Source of the DNA: Phormidium sp.
Lineage (GTDB): Bacteria; Cyanobacteriota; Cyanobacteriia; Cyanobacteriales; Aerosakkonemataceae
Assembly (NCBI GenBank): GCA_051013385.1
Contig: CP143273.1
Coordinates: 512,001 to 576,000, forward strand
Direction of reading: 5' to 3'
Length of the DNA: 64,000 nt
The translations under genes and the position numbers were made by a program. The notes below the pieces were generated by a model. It was given only the letters and a program-made list of their open reading frames with translations. It had not been told where the DNA came from and did no database searches. Shown here in pieces: positions 10,601 through 21,822 of the stretch; the stretch's first letter is position 1, and every line of letters starts with the position of its first letter.

Positions 10601-11998
10601 ATGACAGATGCTTCAATTAGGGCAAATTTAGAGCGATCGCAGTTAAGTTTAACTACCCAAGCAGCGCGTAATTTAGCTACCACCACGAAAACCCCTCCCC
10701 AAATGCAGGGTATTACTCCTCGGTGGTTATTGCAAATGTTACCTTGGGAGGCTGTCAAAGGGGGAAGCTATCGGGTAAACCGTCGTTTAACCTATAATGT
10801 GGGGGAGGGACGGGTTAGTTTTAGCAATACAGGCACTCAAGTACAGGTCATTCCTCAATCTTTGACGGAACTGCCTTTGTTGCGAGGGTTGGAGGATATT
10901 GATGTTTTAAATGCCTTAGCCAACCGTTTTGTGCAACAAGAGTTTGCAGCTGGTGATATTATTGCCCAGGAAGGGCAAGCGATCGCGCAAGTCTTTTTGA
11001 TTGCCCACGGTAAAATTAATAAGCTGAATGCTGGCAAGTATGAAAGACCTGCATTACGGGATATTTTAGGCGATGGGGATTGTTTTGGGGGGGAAGCCAC
11101 TCTTTTTGCTGAGGCAACTTGGGAGGCGAGTTTTCAAGCAATTACTCGTTGTACAATATTATCCCTACCTATACAGGCATTTCGGGAGTTATTGAACCAG
11201 TCTCAAGCCTTACAGAGTCAAATTGACCGTTTTAGGGAAATTTTAACCAAACCCCAGGATCGCTATAATCAAGCGGTGATCGCTATGTCTGCGGGTCATG
11301 GTCTAGAAACGGAATTACCAAGGACGTTTGTGGATTATGATTTGAGTCCACGGGAATATGAGTTAAGTGTGGCACAAACCATTTTACAGGTAAATACGCG
11401 GGTTTCGGATCTCTATAGTGAACCGATGAACCAGACGGAACAGCAGTTACGGTTGACTATTGAAGCATTACGAGAACGCCAAGAATACGAAATGCTGAAT
11501 AACCGTGAATTTGGACTGTTACATAACGCGGATCTCAACCAGCGGATCTATACTCGGAGTGGACCGCCAACACCTGATGACCTTGATGAGTTGTTGTGTC
11601 GGCGACGGAAAACTCATTTTTTCTTGGCGCATCCCCGTGCGATCGCTGCTTTTAACCGAGAATGTAACCGTCGTGGGATCTATTCCCCCAGTCGGGAAAT
11701 AGACGGCAAAATTGTTCCCGCTTGGCGCAATTATCCGATTTTTCCCTGTAATAAAATTCCTATCACCAAGGAAGGGACAACTTCTATTTTAGTGATGCGG
11801 ACTGGAGTAGACAACCAAGGGGTAATAGGTCTTCATAAAACGGGTATTCCTGATGAATATGAACCCAGTTTATCAGTGCAGTTCACAGGAATTAACAACC
11901 AGGGAATTAAGTCTTATTTAGTCAGTCTTTATTACTCTGCGGCCGTTTTGATTCCTGATGCCTTGGGTATTCTGGAAGATGTGGAAATTGGGCTGTAA
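10601..11998 (+). CDS. Family 2B encapsulin shell protein (cyclic-nucleotide-binding) 2
   Basis: Paralog of 9118-10527 with the same motifs. Confidence 0.9.
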   Translation: MTDASIRANLERSQLSLTTQAARNLATTTKTPPQMQGITPRWLLQMLPWEAVKGGSYRVNRRLTYNVGEGRVSFSNTGTQVQVIPQSLTELPLLRGLEDIDVLNALANRFVQQEFAAGDIIAQEGQAIAQVFLIAHGKINKLNAGKYERPALRDILGDGDCFGGEATLFAEATWEASFQAITRCTILSLPIQAFRELLNQSQALQSQIDRFREILTKPQDRYNQAVIAMSAGHGLETELPRTFVDYDLSPREYELSVAQTILQVNTRVSDLYSEPMNQTEQQLRLTIEALRERQEYEMLNNREFGLLHNADLNQRIYTRSGPPTPDDLDELLCRRRKTHFFLAHPRAIAAFNRECNRRGIYSPSREIDGKIVPAWRNYPIFPCNKIPITKEGTTSILVMRTGVDNQGVIGLHKTGIPDEYEPSLSVQFTGINNQGIKSYLVSLYYSAAVLIPDALGILEDVEIGL

Positions 11999-12168
11999 GC
12001 AATACTGTTTGGTTAAGGATTTTTGTAGCGACTGTCTTAATTGTCAAGCGATTGCGCGGAGCACAGTGCCGGACACTGTTGGCGAATTCATAAAAAAACT
12101 GTCTTTGGAAGCTTTCGTTGGGGGATTTATACAATGGTATAAGGGTTTCCAGCGTTAATAAGTCCAAT

Positions 12169-12405
12169 TACTAGGTTAAGCTCTGTTGCTGGTGCATCTG
12201 GATGGGTATAGGAGCAAAGCAAGGCGTAGTCGTGGGCATCGAATTTGCGTTCGTCCCAGATCGGTTCGCCTTGGGCTTCTTCTTCTGAACCAAGTATCCC
12301 CATCTCATAAGCCCACGCCTTGGAGTGCGATCGCGCAGTTTCCAGATTAGGATTCAGTCGGGCTGGCCAAGGCATATAAAATTGTGGCAGTTTAAAGGGT
12401 TGCAT
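12169..12405 (-). pseudogene. geoA: Canonical geosmin synthase remnant, fragment 1 (first 79 codons)
   Basis: MQPFKLPQFYMPWPARLNPNLETARSHSKAWAYEMGILG...WDERKFDAHDYALLCSYTHPDAPATELNLV is the typical cyanobacterial GeoA N-terminus; similarity then stops. Confidence 0.92.
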
Positions 12406-12726
12406 GATTCTGCTCTTAACATCCTCTGGGGTCTTCTTGCTGTATTTAATTTCTGATCTGAACCGAGCGGACATGGCGCTCAATGAGCAAGTTCTCCACC
12501 CCAGAAAAATGCCCAAATTTGCTTTGCTCTTGGTGGCTTATGTCAAAACTGAGCATACAAGATGTGATTTTTCCAGTAAAGCTCTTTACCCATAAATCGC
12601 ATATTTCTTAATATTTTTATCTAATCAGAGATTTGAAATTTCAAATTTAATAAAGATTTAATTATAAATTTATGCGAAACCGCTATATTTGCAAAAATTT
12701 CCTAGCCGTAATAAAATAACTAAGAT

Positions 12727-14046
12727 TTACGGCTTAGCGAAAAATTTTTCATTTGCCTGTTTTACTTTGGCTACCCAAGCTTTATTTAATTGCCAAATTT
12801 CTGAATAGGGAATAGTAGTTTCCGATATCATTTGAAACATCGAAAGTGGAAAGCGTTCGGGAAAGAATTTGTGTAATGTTTTGGCTATACTTTCCCGTAA
12901 TAAAAACTGAATAAATAACCCTTTTGATGTGGGAAAAGCATTGTCGCTAAGTTCGACTAAGGCATAAGCATCTGCTTGACGGCGTAGGGTAAATTGTTGT
13001 ACTGCTTGTGCTAAGTTGTCTGAATATTCATCTAAAAGATTGTCAAAAATTACCACATCTTCAAGTGCAGAATTACAACCTTGTCCGAGAGAGGGTGAAA
13101 CAGCGTGTGCAGCATCTCCAATTAATAATACACTATCGCCTTGATGATAGCGATTACAGCGAATTGTTAATACTGAAGATACTGGTCTAGCGAGAAACTC
13201 TTCTGCTTCTGATGCTGTCATTAACTGACCTATTTCGGGAAAATTTTTGTGGAAAAGTTGCAATACTTCTTCAGGAGTAGAAAGATTAGTTATTTGATTT
13301 TTATGGCGCGGAAAATGGACAACACCACTCATTGTTCCATCTAGTTGATGCAGCATTAACATGGTTGTCCCGTCTTCCATTCTCCAACTATGGATATAAC
13401 CTGGTTTTAGTTGAGTTTTTGCTTCATCAATACGGGAAATATAAACAGATTTGTAGTCGTTGGGGGTATATTTTTGTTGGAATTCAAAAAATTCTGTGTT
13501 CAGTAAATGATTCCTGATTACTGAACGTGCGCCATCAGCAGCAATTAATAAGTCATAATTAATGGTAATATCTTTCGGTTGTTCTTCTCCTGTTTGGTGA
13601 AAGCTGACTGTTTTGTTGGTAAAATTTACCTGTGTACATTGGCAGTTAAAGAAAATGTTAACCTGGTTATTATCGGCTTTTTCTATTAATTTTTCTAAGA
13701 GGGTGATTACTAGGTTTGTGCGATCGAGCGTAGTCAAACTTTTCTCTCTGGGTATAACTCGTACTTTCCCATTTTTTTGATGAGACATTGCGCCTTTCAT
13801 TTCTACACTATTCGCTTTCACTGCCTCTACTAATCCCGGTATCTTTTGTAAAGCTGTTATTCCTCTTTCACTTAAGGAAATGGGAAAAGTTCTCGCTTTA
13901 GAAAAGGAAATGAATCTGGGATCGCTCCGCCGTTCATAGATGTCTATTTGGTATTGATCACCGCGAAGTAATAGATAATGTGCTATCAAAAGTCCACTTG
14001 GGCCTGCACCGACGATCGCAACTCTCTTAACCATTTTCCCTACCAT
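12727..14046 (-). CDS. FAD-dependent monooxygenase (kynurenine 3-monooxygenase-like)
   Basis: GAGPSG, ADGARS and GDAAHAVSPSLGQGCN motifs. Confidence 0.85.
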   Translation of the reverse strand: MVGKMVKRVAIVGAGPSGLLIAHYLLLRGDQYQIDIYERRSDPRFISFSKARTFPISLSERGITALQKIPGLVEAVKANSVEMKGAMSHQKNGKVRVIPREKSLTTLDRTNLVITLLEKLIEKADNNQVNIFFNCQCTQVNFTNKTVSFHQTGEEQPKDITINYDLLIAADGARSVIRNHLLNTEFFEFQQKYTPNDYKSVYISRIDEAKTQLKPGYIHSWRMEDGTTMLMLHQLDGTMSGVVHFPRHKNQITNLSTPEEVLQLFHKNFPEIGQLMTASEAEEFLARPVSSVLTIRCNRYHQGDSVLLIGDAAHAVSPSLGQGCNSALEDVVIFDNLLDEYSDNLAQAVQQFTLRRQADAYALVELSDNAFPTSKGLFIQFLLRESIAKTLHKFFPERFPLSMFQMISETTIPYSEIWQLNKAWVAKVKQANEKFFAKP

Positions 14047-14100
14047 AAAAAATACCTTATTCTACTTTATCTTAATCAGTTACTTTTGCAAACAAAGAAA

Positions 14101-14134
14101 ACCTCTGTAACCCGACGCGGAGGATTACAGAGGT
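14101..14134 (-). terminator. Hairpin downstream of hspA
   Basis: ACCTCTGTAA...TTACAGAGGT inverted repeat followed by a T-rich run on the - strand. Confidence 0.55.
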
Positions 14135-14183
14135 GTTATTAATTACTTATTCAGTCAACAATTTACCAAACGGAAACAATTTA

Positions 14184-14666
14184 TTACTTGGTTTCAGTAT
14201 TATTTGTTTCAGTGTTGGTTGGATCTTCTTTGTCAGCTAAATTAACTTTGAATACACGGTTTTTCGCTTCTTCTACCTTTGGCAAAGTCAGGGTGAGAAT
14301 ACCGTTATTGAAATTAGCTTCAACTTTATCGTTTTGGACAGCTACAGGCAAACCAACGACTCTTTCAAATTTGCCATAGCGGAACTCAGAATGGAAGAAA
14401 CCTTTGTTTTCCGTTTTATTTTCGTAGCGATGTTCACCACGAATAACGACTGCATCGCGCAAAACGCTGATGTCTAAATCTTTGGCTTCTACTCCCGGAA
14501 TTTCAGCTTTTAGTGTTAAGTTATCTCCGTTGTCTTGCAATTCAACTGCTGGCTTCCAAATAGCGTTTTCTGTAGGGGTAAGTCCAGCAAAGTCGTCAAA
14601 CATTCTATCAAATTGACGGCGGAGAGTTTCAACTTCACTAAAAGGACTCCATCTAATAATAGCCAT
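14184..14666 (-). CDS. hspA: Small heat shock protein (Hsp20)
   Basis: MAIIRWSPF, SEFRYGKFER and NGILTLTLPK alpha-crystallin motifs. Confidence 0.93.
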   Translation of the reverse strand: MAIIRWSPFSEVETLRRQFDRMFDDFAGLTPTENAIWKPAVELQDNGDNLTLKAEIPGVEAKDLDISVLRDAVVIRGEHRYENKTENKGFFHSEFRYGKFERVVGLPVAVQNDKVEANFNNGILTLTLPKVEEAKNRVFKVNLADKEDPTNTETNNTETK

Positions 14667-15246
14667 AACTGCGTCTCCTTGTTTTCCTTAGCTGTTGCTT
14701 GTTTGTTTAGCGTTTTGATTTACATTTTTATGATGTCTCAGCTAAGAGTAATTGTTTATGGTAACAACCGTAAAATAATGGTAGCACTCTCCACATTTTC
14801 CCCAGTTACTATGTTGAGAAAACTTGGTGTAAAAACCATACCTAATTTGGTAGGGTATTCCTCACTAGCTAAATTATTCAAAAAAGAGATAATAGTTACT
14901 AGGTCTGTAACGGTTTCGACAATTTGCCGAAAGCAGTTCGACTCTGCTCAGAACCATTTTTTTAATCTACGCTCTGGCTGAAAATACGCCGGAAAATTCA
15001 GGAAAATGTTTGCTAGCACACAGCTAGAAAAGGCTTGGTAAAGGTAGACTTATCCTAAGCCACTTTAAGAAGAAAACTATATATCAGTTGAGTGAATCAT
15101 GCTGACCATTTTAATGATTTTTGGGCCAATGAGTTTAGCGATCGCCTACGTACTATGGAGCGAAAACCAAATGAGTGGCAAAGTATAAAAACATCATTAG
15201 TAATAGCATTTGAGTGCGATCGCTTTGAGAATGTCAGACGATAAAA

Positions 15247-15540
15247 TTAAGTGTATCCTTTATCCTCGAACATCTCCTCACAGCAAACTTGGGTTACACC
15301 TTTTAAACCCAAACTTTCTAAATGAGAAATCCATTCATCTGGATTGTCATGCACTTGCAAAAGTCCTAAAATTTCTGCTACATCTGCAACCTCTGGAATG
15401 GTGGAAATTTTAAATCCCTGCCAATCAGCATCCAAACACAACCAATCGGGAAGCTTTTGTCGATCGAAGTTTTTAGAACTTTTCCATTCGGCGCGGAAGC
15501 AGTACATTTTACCTTTGATCATGGCACTCCTATTTGGCAA
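15247..15540 (-). CDS. Hypothetical protein
   Basis: 97 aa ORF with an AGGAG RBS before an internal ATG (MIKGK); no recognised motif. Confidence 0.55.
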   Translation of the reverse strand: MPNRSAMIKGKMYCFRAEWKSSKNFDRQKLPDWLCLDADWQGFKISTIPEVADVAEILGLLQVHDNPDEWISHLESLGLKGVTQVCCEEMFEDKGYT

Positions 15541-15703
15541 ACTTACTACAGCAATTATAGTTTTTAATAAAATATTGCAACGTATCCTAACTAAATTCCG
15601 TAACTAATATCACCGAAGGCAGCAGGGGAGAGGAGAATTCAAAACTGGCAACTCTCTCCATAACTCAAAAAATCAAGCTGTAGAGATGTTGCATACAACG
15701 TCT

Positions 15704-16636
15704 CTACCCGCAAAACTTTTCTAAACTCCAAGGTTGAGCAACTGCTGTTAAAATGTTCAAAGGCCCTATGTCTAAAAGTAATTGTTTTTGTTCTTGATTT
15801 CGCACTAACAAAGCGCCAGCAAAACCTAAAGAATTAACAGAAATGCCTTGAAAAAATTCTTGCGATCGCGGAACGATCATCATCCATTCTCTAGTTGCTA
15901 ATAAATTGTACGCACCGTTGGGGCGATCGCCAATATTTTCCACATCATCTAACAAACCCACCGCTTTTTGCAAATTCAAATAGCATTTTAGCGTCATTTC
16001 CGCAGCCACATCAGGCGAGTTAATCCAAGCAGGATCAAACTTAGCTATACCATGCACAAAAGGTAAATCAGGGATTGTGCCTATACCTGCCTCGAATTTA
16101 GCAGTTTTTAGAAGAGGTGCGATCGGAATTTCCTCTCCATCTCCATCATCCACCAAAGGTAAAGGAACTAACTGCAAATGCTTGTGTCGTTGACTAGCTC
16201 CCGCTATACTTCCAGAATTATAAAAAGCCAAGCCATCAATTTCTGCTAAAGCTAACCACATCGCCTGAAAATCTGCCAAATCTAACCAGCTTTCCTGTTC
16301 AGCAAAAGCGCGAGTCACAATTAATAAATGATGCTCAACAACATTAAACTTATTGAGCAAACATACATGAGTATCAGAAATATCCGCCACAAATAAATCC
16401 TCCTCATAAGGTAAAAAAGGATTAAAGTCTTTACCCGTTTTAGCAGGTGGTTTAGCAGCATCTTTCCGTACCAAATTAGCTAAAATTCGCACCAAAAACC
16501 TCATTCCCCCCTGTTCCACAAACTCATAATTAGTGGGAATACTTTGTAACGCACCGCACCTGAGAGCATACTCAGTCTGTTCAACCAAGCGTCTCCACAA
16601 AACACTAGACTCCTGCATTGGTTTGGCTTCCGTCAT
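15704..16636 (-). CDS. ATP adenylyltransferase / Ap4A phosphorylase II family
   Basis: FNPFLPYE, LLNKFNVVEHHLL, GASQRHKHLQ and SVNSLGFAG motifs. Confidence 0.88.
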   Translation of the reverse strand: MTEAKPMQESSVLWRRLVEQTEYALRCGALQSIPTNYEFVEQGGMRFLVRILANLVRKDAAKPPAKTGKDFNPFLPYEEDLFVADISDTHVCLLNKFNVVEHHLLIVTRAFAEQESWLDLADFQAMWLALAEIDGLAFYNSGSIAGASQRHKHLQLVPLPLVDDGDGEEIPIAPLLKTAKFEAGIGTIPDLPFVHGIAKFDPAWINSPDVAAEMTLKCYLNLQKAVGLLDDVENIGDRPNGAYNLLATREWMMIVPRSQEFFQGISVNSLGFAGALLVRNQEQKQLLLDIGPLNILTAVAQPWSLEKFCG

Positions 16637-17032
16637 CGTTAAAAACTTTACCTCAGTGAATTTATGTATTGAAAATTACCTCTTTCTTTGCCAAATTTTA
16701 CTTTTTACTTTACCGAATCTTTATAAATCTGCTTTAAAATAGTAGAGTTTTTTGAAAAAATAGTAAAGTTGCACAAATCAGCAGTCAATTACAGGGTTGT
16801 CTGATACCAAACTCAGGGGAATGTGCTAAAAATACGTATATACACTGAAGCAAGCTGGCTCTAGATTATGTGCATCAGATAACAATTCTATAAAATCAGG
16901 GTAAAAAAATCCGAAACAACATAGTTGTTTTTTGAGTCTCTATATAGTAAAAGCGGAAGTTTCTCTCCCGTAAATCTACTAGAGCTTCCAAGTATTTAGC
17001 GAATAAAGCATACTTAAACAAGCAGAGGAACT

Positions 17033-17842
17033 ATGAACAGGTTTTTCACATCTACTACAGTAGGACTACTAGCCTTGGGGACAATATTCGGTTCTGGCGA
17101 AGTAGCATCAGCTGTTTCCTTTGGAACTTCTTTTGATGGTCCAGATAAATCCTTACAAAAGCTTTTGGACGATAGGACAGTCAGTGGCCCAAAAATTGAT
17201 ACAGTAAACGCTCAAACAGGTTTCGATCTGTTTACGAATACTGCTACTGGCGGTTCTGTTGGCACTTTCATGTTTGAAGTAGCTGGGTTTTCTGCCATTA
17301 ACAAATTTGGTCTTTACAATCAAAAAGGTGAGAAAGCTGAGTTATTCGGCGGCATCAACGATCAGTCAGATCGTACTACAGTGGACTTTCTAGCAAACGG
17401 TGACATCTGGGTTACTACCAAAGGTTTTGCTCCGGGAAATGCGCCCCCACTTAGCGAAAAAGAATACAAAGGCTTTGGTAATGTATTCGGTTTTTACTTA
17501 GAAACGTTACAAGGAACTTTTTACACGGAAAATAGTCGCAATCCCAATGGTTCTCAACAAGCTGTAGTTTACCAAGGAAACAATCAAACAACAGTGCAAA
17601 TCGCAGGTAGACAACCTGGACTTTTTACAGATAATGAATTCATCATTGCTTTTGAAGATTTACTCCGAAGTGTCCCTGGTGGTTCTGATAGCGATTTCCA
17701 GGATTTAGTAGTTATGTTTGAGTCAATTAAACCCGTTTCTGCCGTTGCTGTTCCCGAACCAGGTATAGCTACCAGTTTGTTAGCATTTGGTTTGGGTAGT
17801 GCTTGGATGCTCAAAGGACAAAGGAAAAAGTTAGAAAGTTAA
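17033..17842 (+). CDS. PEP-CTERM protein with DUF4114-like domain
   Basis: Signal peptide, IAFEDL...SDSDFQDLVV, then VPEP + TM segment + basic tail. Confidence 0.85.
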   Translation: MNRFFTSTTVGLLALGTIFGSGEVASAVSFGTSFDGPDKSLQKLLDDRTVSGPKIDTVNAQTGFDLFTNTATGGSVGTFMFEVAGFSAINKFGLYNQKGEKAELFGGINDQSDRTTVDFLANGDIWVTTKGFAPGNAPPLSEKEYKGFGNVFGFYLETLQGTFYTENSRNPNGSQQAVVYQGNNQTTVQIAGRQPGLFTDNEFIIAFEDLLRSVPGGSDSDFQDLVVMFESIKPVSAVAVPEPGIATSLLAFGLGSAWMLKGQRKKLES

Positions 17843-17971
17843 GGATCGAGACTGGGGACTGGGGACTGGGAAGAAAGTTCTTAGCTTCGTTTTTTGAGTT
17901 TTGTAGGGGCAATTCATGAATTGCCCCGGAGCGAGTTTTCCTGCTCTCCTACTCTCCTTGTCCCAAGAGTC

Positions 17972-19105
17972 CTAAAAGTCTACTCCGCGCTTGAGTTCTA
18001 CTCCTCTATCCGCATAATGTTTATGGCAAATCATTTCGGAGTGAACGCTGGCAAGATCGAAATATGCGGGGGGATTAAGGCAGCGACCTGTGATAATAAC
18101 TTCTGTATCACGAGGTTTTCTAAGTAATGCTTGAACTATGGGTTCTTGGGGTAATAATTCTAAGTCAACTGTGGGATTAAGTTCGTCGAGGATGATAGTT
18201 TTGTAGAGTCCAGAGGCGATCGCACTTCGCGCAATTTCCCACCCTCTTTCTGCTTCTACATAATCTATTTCTCTTTGTTGTCCCCGCCAGACGATCGCAT
18301 CTCCACCACAACGATGATGATCCACCAACGAAGGATAACTTTGTTGTAAAGCCGCGATCGCAGCATCTTCAGTATAACCGCTGCCACCTTTAAGCCACTG
18401 CATAATTAATACACGGTGAGATTTATCTTGACTAATTCCTTTACCGATAGCTTGTAAAGCTTTACCTAATGCACTAGTAGATTTTCCTTTCCCCGCACCT
18501 GTATAAATTTCAATTCCCTCAATCCCTTTTTCCTGAGACATTGGGTGATCGTGAGGCTTCATTTCCGAGTGTAAATCAGCAATATCTAGAAGTGCTTGGG
18601 GTGCCGCTCTCCCAGTGGCAATGATTTCCACTTCCTCTGGTTTATTCTTTAATGTATGGATTACTTCATCAACTGTCAGTAAGCCTAAATCTAGCACAGG
18701 GTTCAGTTCATCCAAAACAATGACAGAATATAGACCAGATGCGATCGCGCCTTTAGCAACATCCCATCCCCTTTGCGCCTCCATTCTGTCAAAGCGGGTA
18801 ATCTCCTCTTTAGCAAAATATTCCGCCCTTCCTGTCCGAACTTGGTCGATCAAATGGGGAAAACCTTGCTGTAAAGCTGCGATCGCTCCGTCTTCATCAT
18901 ACTGTCGTCCCGGCCCTTTCAAAAACCGCAGCAGCAACACTCGATTTTGTGCCCCGGAGTTAATTCCTAACCCTATTGAACGCAAAACTACCCCTAAAGC
19001 TGCTCTAGACTTGCCTTTTCCCGCACCGTCGTAAACGTGGATTTGACCTGTAATTCGTTCCGCACGCATCTGCGCTGTGCGTATACCTATTCCTACTCTC
19101 GTCAT
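17972..19105 (-). CDS. cobO: Cob(I)yrinic acid a,c-diamide adenosyltransferase (tandem CobA/BtuR domains)
   Basis: Two GxGKGKS P-loops, two LDELN motifs and TGR motifs. Confidence 0.88.
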   Translation of the reverse strand: MTRVGIGIRTAQMRAERITGQIHVYDGAGKGKSRAALGVVLRSIGLGINSGAQNRVLLLRFLKGPGRQYDEDGAIAALQQGFPHLIDQVRTGRAEYFAKEEITRFDRMEAQRGWDVAKGAIASGLYSVIVLDELNPVLDLGLLTVDEVIHTLKNKPEEVEIIATGRAAPQALLDIADLHSEMKPHDHPMSQEKGIEGIEIYTGAGKGKSTSALGKALQAIGKGISQDKSHRVLIMQWLKGGSGYTEDAAIAALQQSYPSLVDHHRCGGDAIVWRGQQREIDYVEAERGWEIARSAIASGLYKTIILDELNPTVDLELLPQEPIVQALLRKPRDTEVIITGRCLNPPAYFDLASVHSEMICHKHYADRGVELKRGVDF

Positions 19106-19209
19106 TTTGGTTGATTCCCGTTGCTGTTGTCGCAGATATTTAATATATCGTTAATAGTCGTGAGTCATCGGCTGTCCGATCGACAATTACTATTTTCAGT
19201 ATCATCATA

Positions 19210-19776
19210 ATGATAGAAAATTTATGGTTGGTTTTACCTTTACGAGCAGTTGTGTTTCAAACTTTACTACTGCTCATATCAATTGCTATAGAAAGCTTGG
19301 TTTTACAAAGACTACTAAATATTAGCCGCAAAACCGCCACAGAATATTCAGCAACCTTGAATCTGTTATCAACATTTGTCGGCTGGTTATGCTTTTTCGT
19401 CATGGAAGCAATTACTCGCAGATTTTTAGAAACACAATTAATTCGTTATATATTTTTCGCTCCCTTTGTTTCTCCTAATATCTTATCTTACTTGCAAAAT
19501 AGTCTTTACTTCTTCGCTATTAGAAGCTTTATTATATTACTTGATTTAACTGTAGAACTCATTGGCTTAGATTTTTTATTAAACTTCTTTGCCGAACCCA
19601 ATGAAGAAATTAAACACTTAATAAGTAGCCCCGAATCCAAACTAACAGGAACCAAAAAGAATCGTCACCAAAAATATCGAGAAATCAAGTTAAACAAGAG
19701 TAAATTTAGGTCTATATTTTGGGCTAACTTTAGCAGCGGTATATTAATTTCTGGTTTAATTATAGCACTAACTTGA
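19210..19776 (+). CDS. fraC: Filament integrity protein FraC
   Basis: LPLRAVVFQTLLLLISIAIE...NLLSTFVGW; first gene of a fraCDE-like trio. Confidence 0.75.
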   Translation: MIENLWLVLPLRAVVFQTLLLLISIAIESLVLQRLLNISRKTATEYSATLNLLSTFVGWLCFFVMEAITRRFLETQLIRYIFFAPFVSPNILSYLQNSLYFFAIRSFIILLDLTVELIGLDFLLNFFAEPNEEIKHLISSPESKLTGTKKNRHQKYREIKLNKSKFRSIFWANFSSGILISGLIIALT

Positions 19777-19797
19777 AATTATTAAATAGATGAGCAA

Positions 19798-20829
19798 ATG
19801 AATAAATTCATCCAAAAGCTATTAGCTTTAGTTAATCTAATAAAAATACCTCGAACTTTTAGCTGGCAAACAGTAATTTGCCTTAGCATTATTTTCGGGA
19901 TCGTAGCATTTTTGTTGGGCGGGTTAACTGGCAACTTAAGATTACATAATATCTTTTCATTTTTCGGATGTCTACTAATACTTTGTGGCTATGCTTGGTT
20001 CACAATTGAAAACCCTTTGATTGTTCAAGGCTTTTCTCTAAGTACTTGGGTTTTAGTAAAAGTAATTTGTTTATTTATGGCGAGTTTGCAGCCAAAAATT
20101 GCCCCGGTTATTTGGATGATTTGGCCTGCCTTATCAGCAACTTTTGCCGCTTGGCCTGAATTTATTGCGGCAGAAAGAAAACTAAAAAAATTAAAAAATG
20201 AGCAACGTTTTAAACTGTTAATTTGGCTTTTGAGTCACTTTGTTATTAGTTGTTGGATAAATTTTAGTTTAATCATTCAAGATTGGGTATTACAATATCC
20301 GAGTCTTTTAGCTGATGATTTAAGCCAAAGTAATTTTGTTGTAAAAATTCAACCTTTTTCTCGTCCTACTACTGGAGGGGAGAGAGTTTTAAATGCAATG
20401 GAACAACAACTAAAAACCAAATTAGATGGTAAACTTTGGGTGGTAGCAGAAAACTGGTTAAAGGATACAAATCAACTAGAAAAACTGCAAAACCAAGCCA
20501 AGCAAACAATTTCTAGAGTCAAAGAAAAGAACTTGTGGAAATTTCGCACCAAAGTTGCTGCTCAAAAAACAGGATATAATTTGTCGATGATAGCAGAATG
20601 GCAAGGCCCTAGTTCCCATCCTCAAGGTTATTTGCTAAAAAAGGTCTGTCAAGTTAACCCAGTAACTCGACAACCTACCCCACTTAACAGTAACTTGAGG
20701 CGAAAGAGGAGAAAGAACAATGCTAGAGTAGCAACGACACCACAGGTAACAATTCCCGCCAAACCTGTAAAAATTGCTAATATTCAATGTCAATCTCTGA
20801 GTAAACAAATTATTGAAAAAAATCAGTAA
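19798..20829 (+). CDS. fraD: Septal junction protein FraD (DUF5357)
   Basis: FSWQT, five TM segments, YPSLLADDLSQSNFVV and W.GPSS periplasmic domain. Confidence 0.8.
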   Translation: MNKFIQKLLALVNLIKIPRTFSWQTVICLSIIFGIVAFLLGGLTGNLRLHNIFSFFGCLLILCGYAWFTIENPLIVQGFSLSTWVLVKVICLFMASLQPKIAPVIWMIWPALSATFAAWPEFIAAERKLKKLKNEQRFKLLIWLLSHFVISCWINFSLIIQDWVLQYPSLLADDLSQSNFVVKIQPFSRPTTGGERVLNAMEQQLKTKLDGKLWVVAENWLKDTNQLEKLQNQAKQTISRVKEKNLWKFRTKVAAQKTGYNLSMIAEWQGPSSHPQGYLLKKVCQVNPVTRQPTPLNSNLRRKRRKNNARVATTPQVTIPAKPVKIANIQCQSLSKQIIEKNQ

Positions 20830-20844
20830 AAACCCGCAAAAATT

Positions 20845-21660
20845 ATGAACATCGACGAAAATCAACCTACAAAATTTGATAGTATGCTGGGCAGAATTTT
20901 GGTAATTGCTTCTCATGTATTCCGGGAAGTAATTCGCGATCGCGTACTCTATTTAGTTGGCTTATTTGCCATTTTATTAGTCGGGAGCGCCGGATTTTTA
21001 CCCCAAGTTGCTGCGGGCACACAAGACAAAATTCTCTTAGATATTGGTTTAGCAGCTATGGGAATTATTGGGTTAATTGTAGCCATTTTTATCGGCACAG
21101 GTTTAGTAAATAAAGAAATTGAAAAGCGTACAGTTTTAGTATTAATCGCTAAACCCGTTAGTCCAGCAGAATTTATTGTCGGAAAACATATTGGTTTATC
21201 AGCAATCTTAGCTGTGTTGTTGATTGCCATGTCAGCTATTTATTTACTAGTGCTGTTGTTTAATCAAGCCAGCTTTTCATTCTTAAGCATTCTGACAGCA
21301 GTTTTTTTCCTGTGGTTAGAATTAAGTTTAATTACTGCTGTAGCCATTCTTCTGGGAGTATTTACTAGTTCTTTAATAGCTACTTTATTGACTTTTGCAG
21401 TTTATTTAATGGGACATCTCAGCCCAGATATCGTTAAATTAGGCAGATTAGCGAAAAACCCAACCCTGGAAATAGTGACCCAAGGAATATACTTAATATT
21501 GCCAGATTTGTCCCGGTTAGATTTAAAAAATCAAGCAGTTTATGGGTTAAGTTTGCTACCTAATAGCCAAACTTTATTCCTCAACTTTATTTATGGAATA
21601 GTTTATATTGTATTGCTGTTAGCGATCGCCACCTTAATCTTCTCTAGACGACAATTTTAA
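20845..21660 (+). CDS. fraE: FraE / ABC-2 type permease
   Basis: VFREVIRDRVLY, LVNKEIEKRT, LPDLSRLDLKNQAVYG and FSRRQF; follows fraD. Confidence 0.8.
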   Translation: MNIDENQPTKFDSMLGRILVIASHVFREVIRDRVLYLVGLFAILLVGSAGFLPQVAAGTQDKILLDIGLAAMGIIGLIVAIFIGTGLVNKEIEKRTVLVLIAKPVSPAEFIVGKHIGLSAILAVLLIAMSAIYLLVLLFNQASFSFLSILTAVFFLWLELSLITAVAILLGVFTSSLIATLLTFAVYLMGHLSPDIVKLGRLAKNPTLEIVTQGIYLILPDLSRLDLKNQAVYGLSLLPNSQTLFLNFIYGIVYIVLLLAIATLIFSRRQF

Positions 21661-21822
21661 TTGCCATTCTAACTATATAGCAATAGCAATAGACATGAAG
21701 TAAATAGAAAAGTTATTTCATAAATCCCATCTCCCCTGCTCCCTACCCCCCTGCTCCCCTGCCCCTAGAACCCCAAAATTTGATACCCTAGCTTAAATAA
21801 CATCTTGGGAACAAGTACGAGC

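Noticed and set aside
11922..12167. Short ORFs at the right junction of the terpene cassette as a transposase remnant
   Set aside because: No recognisable motif, terminal inverted repeats or target duplication.
12127..12516. 129-aa ORF as an intact gene
   Set aside because: Only 12405-12169 matches GeoA; the flanks are unrelated read-through, so it is treated as a pseudogene fragment.
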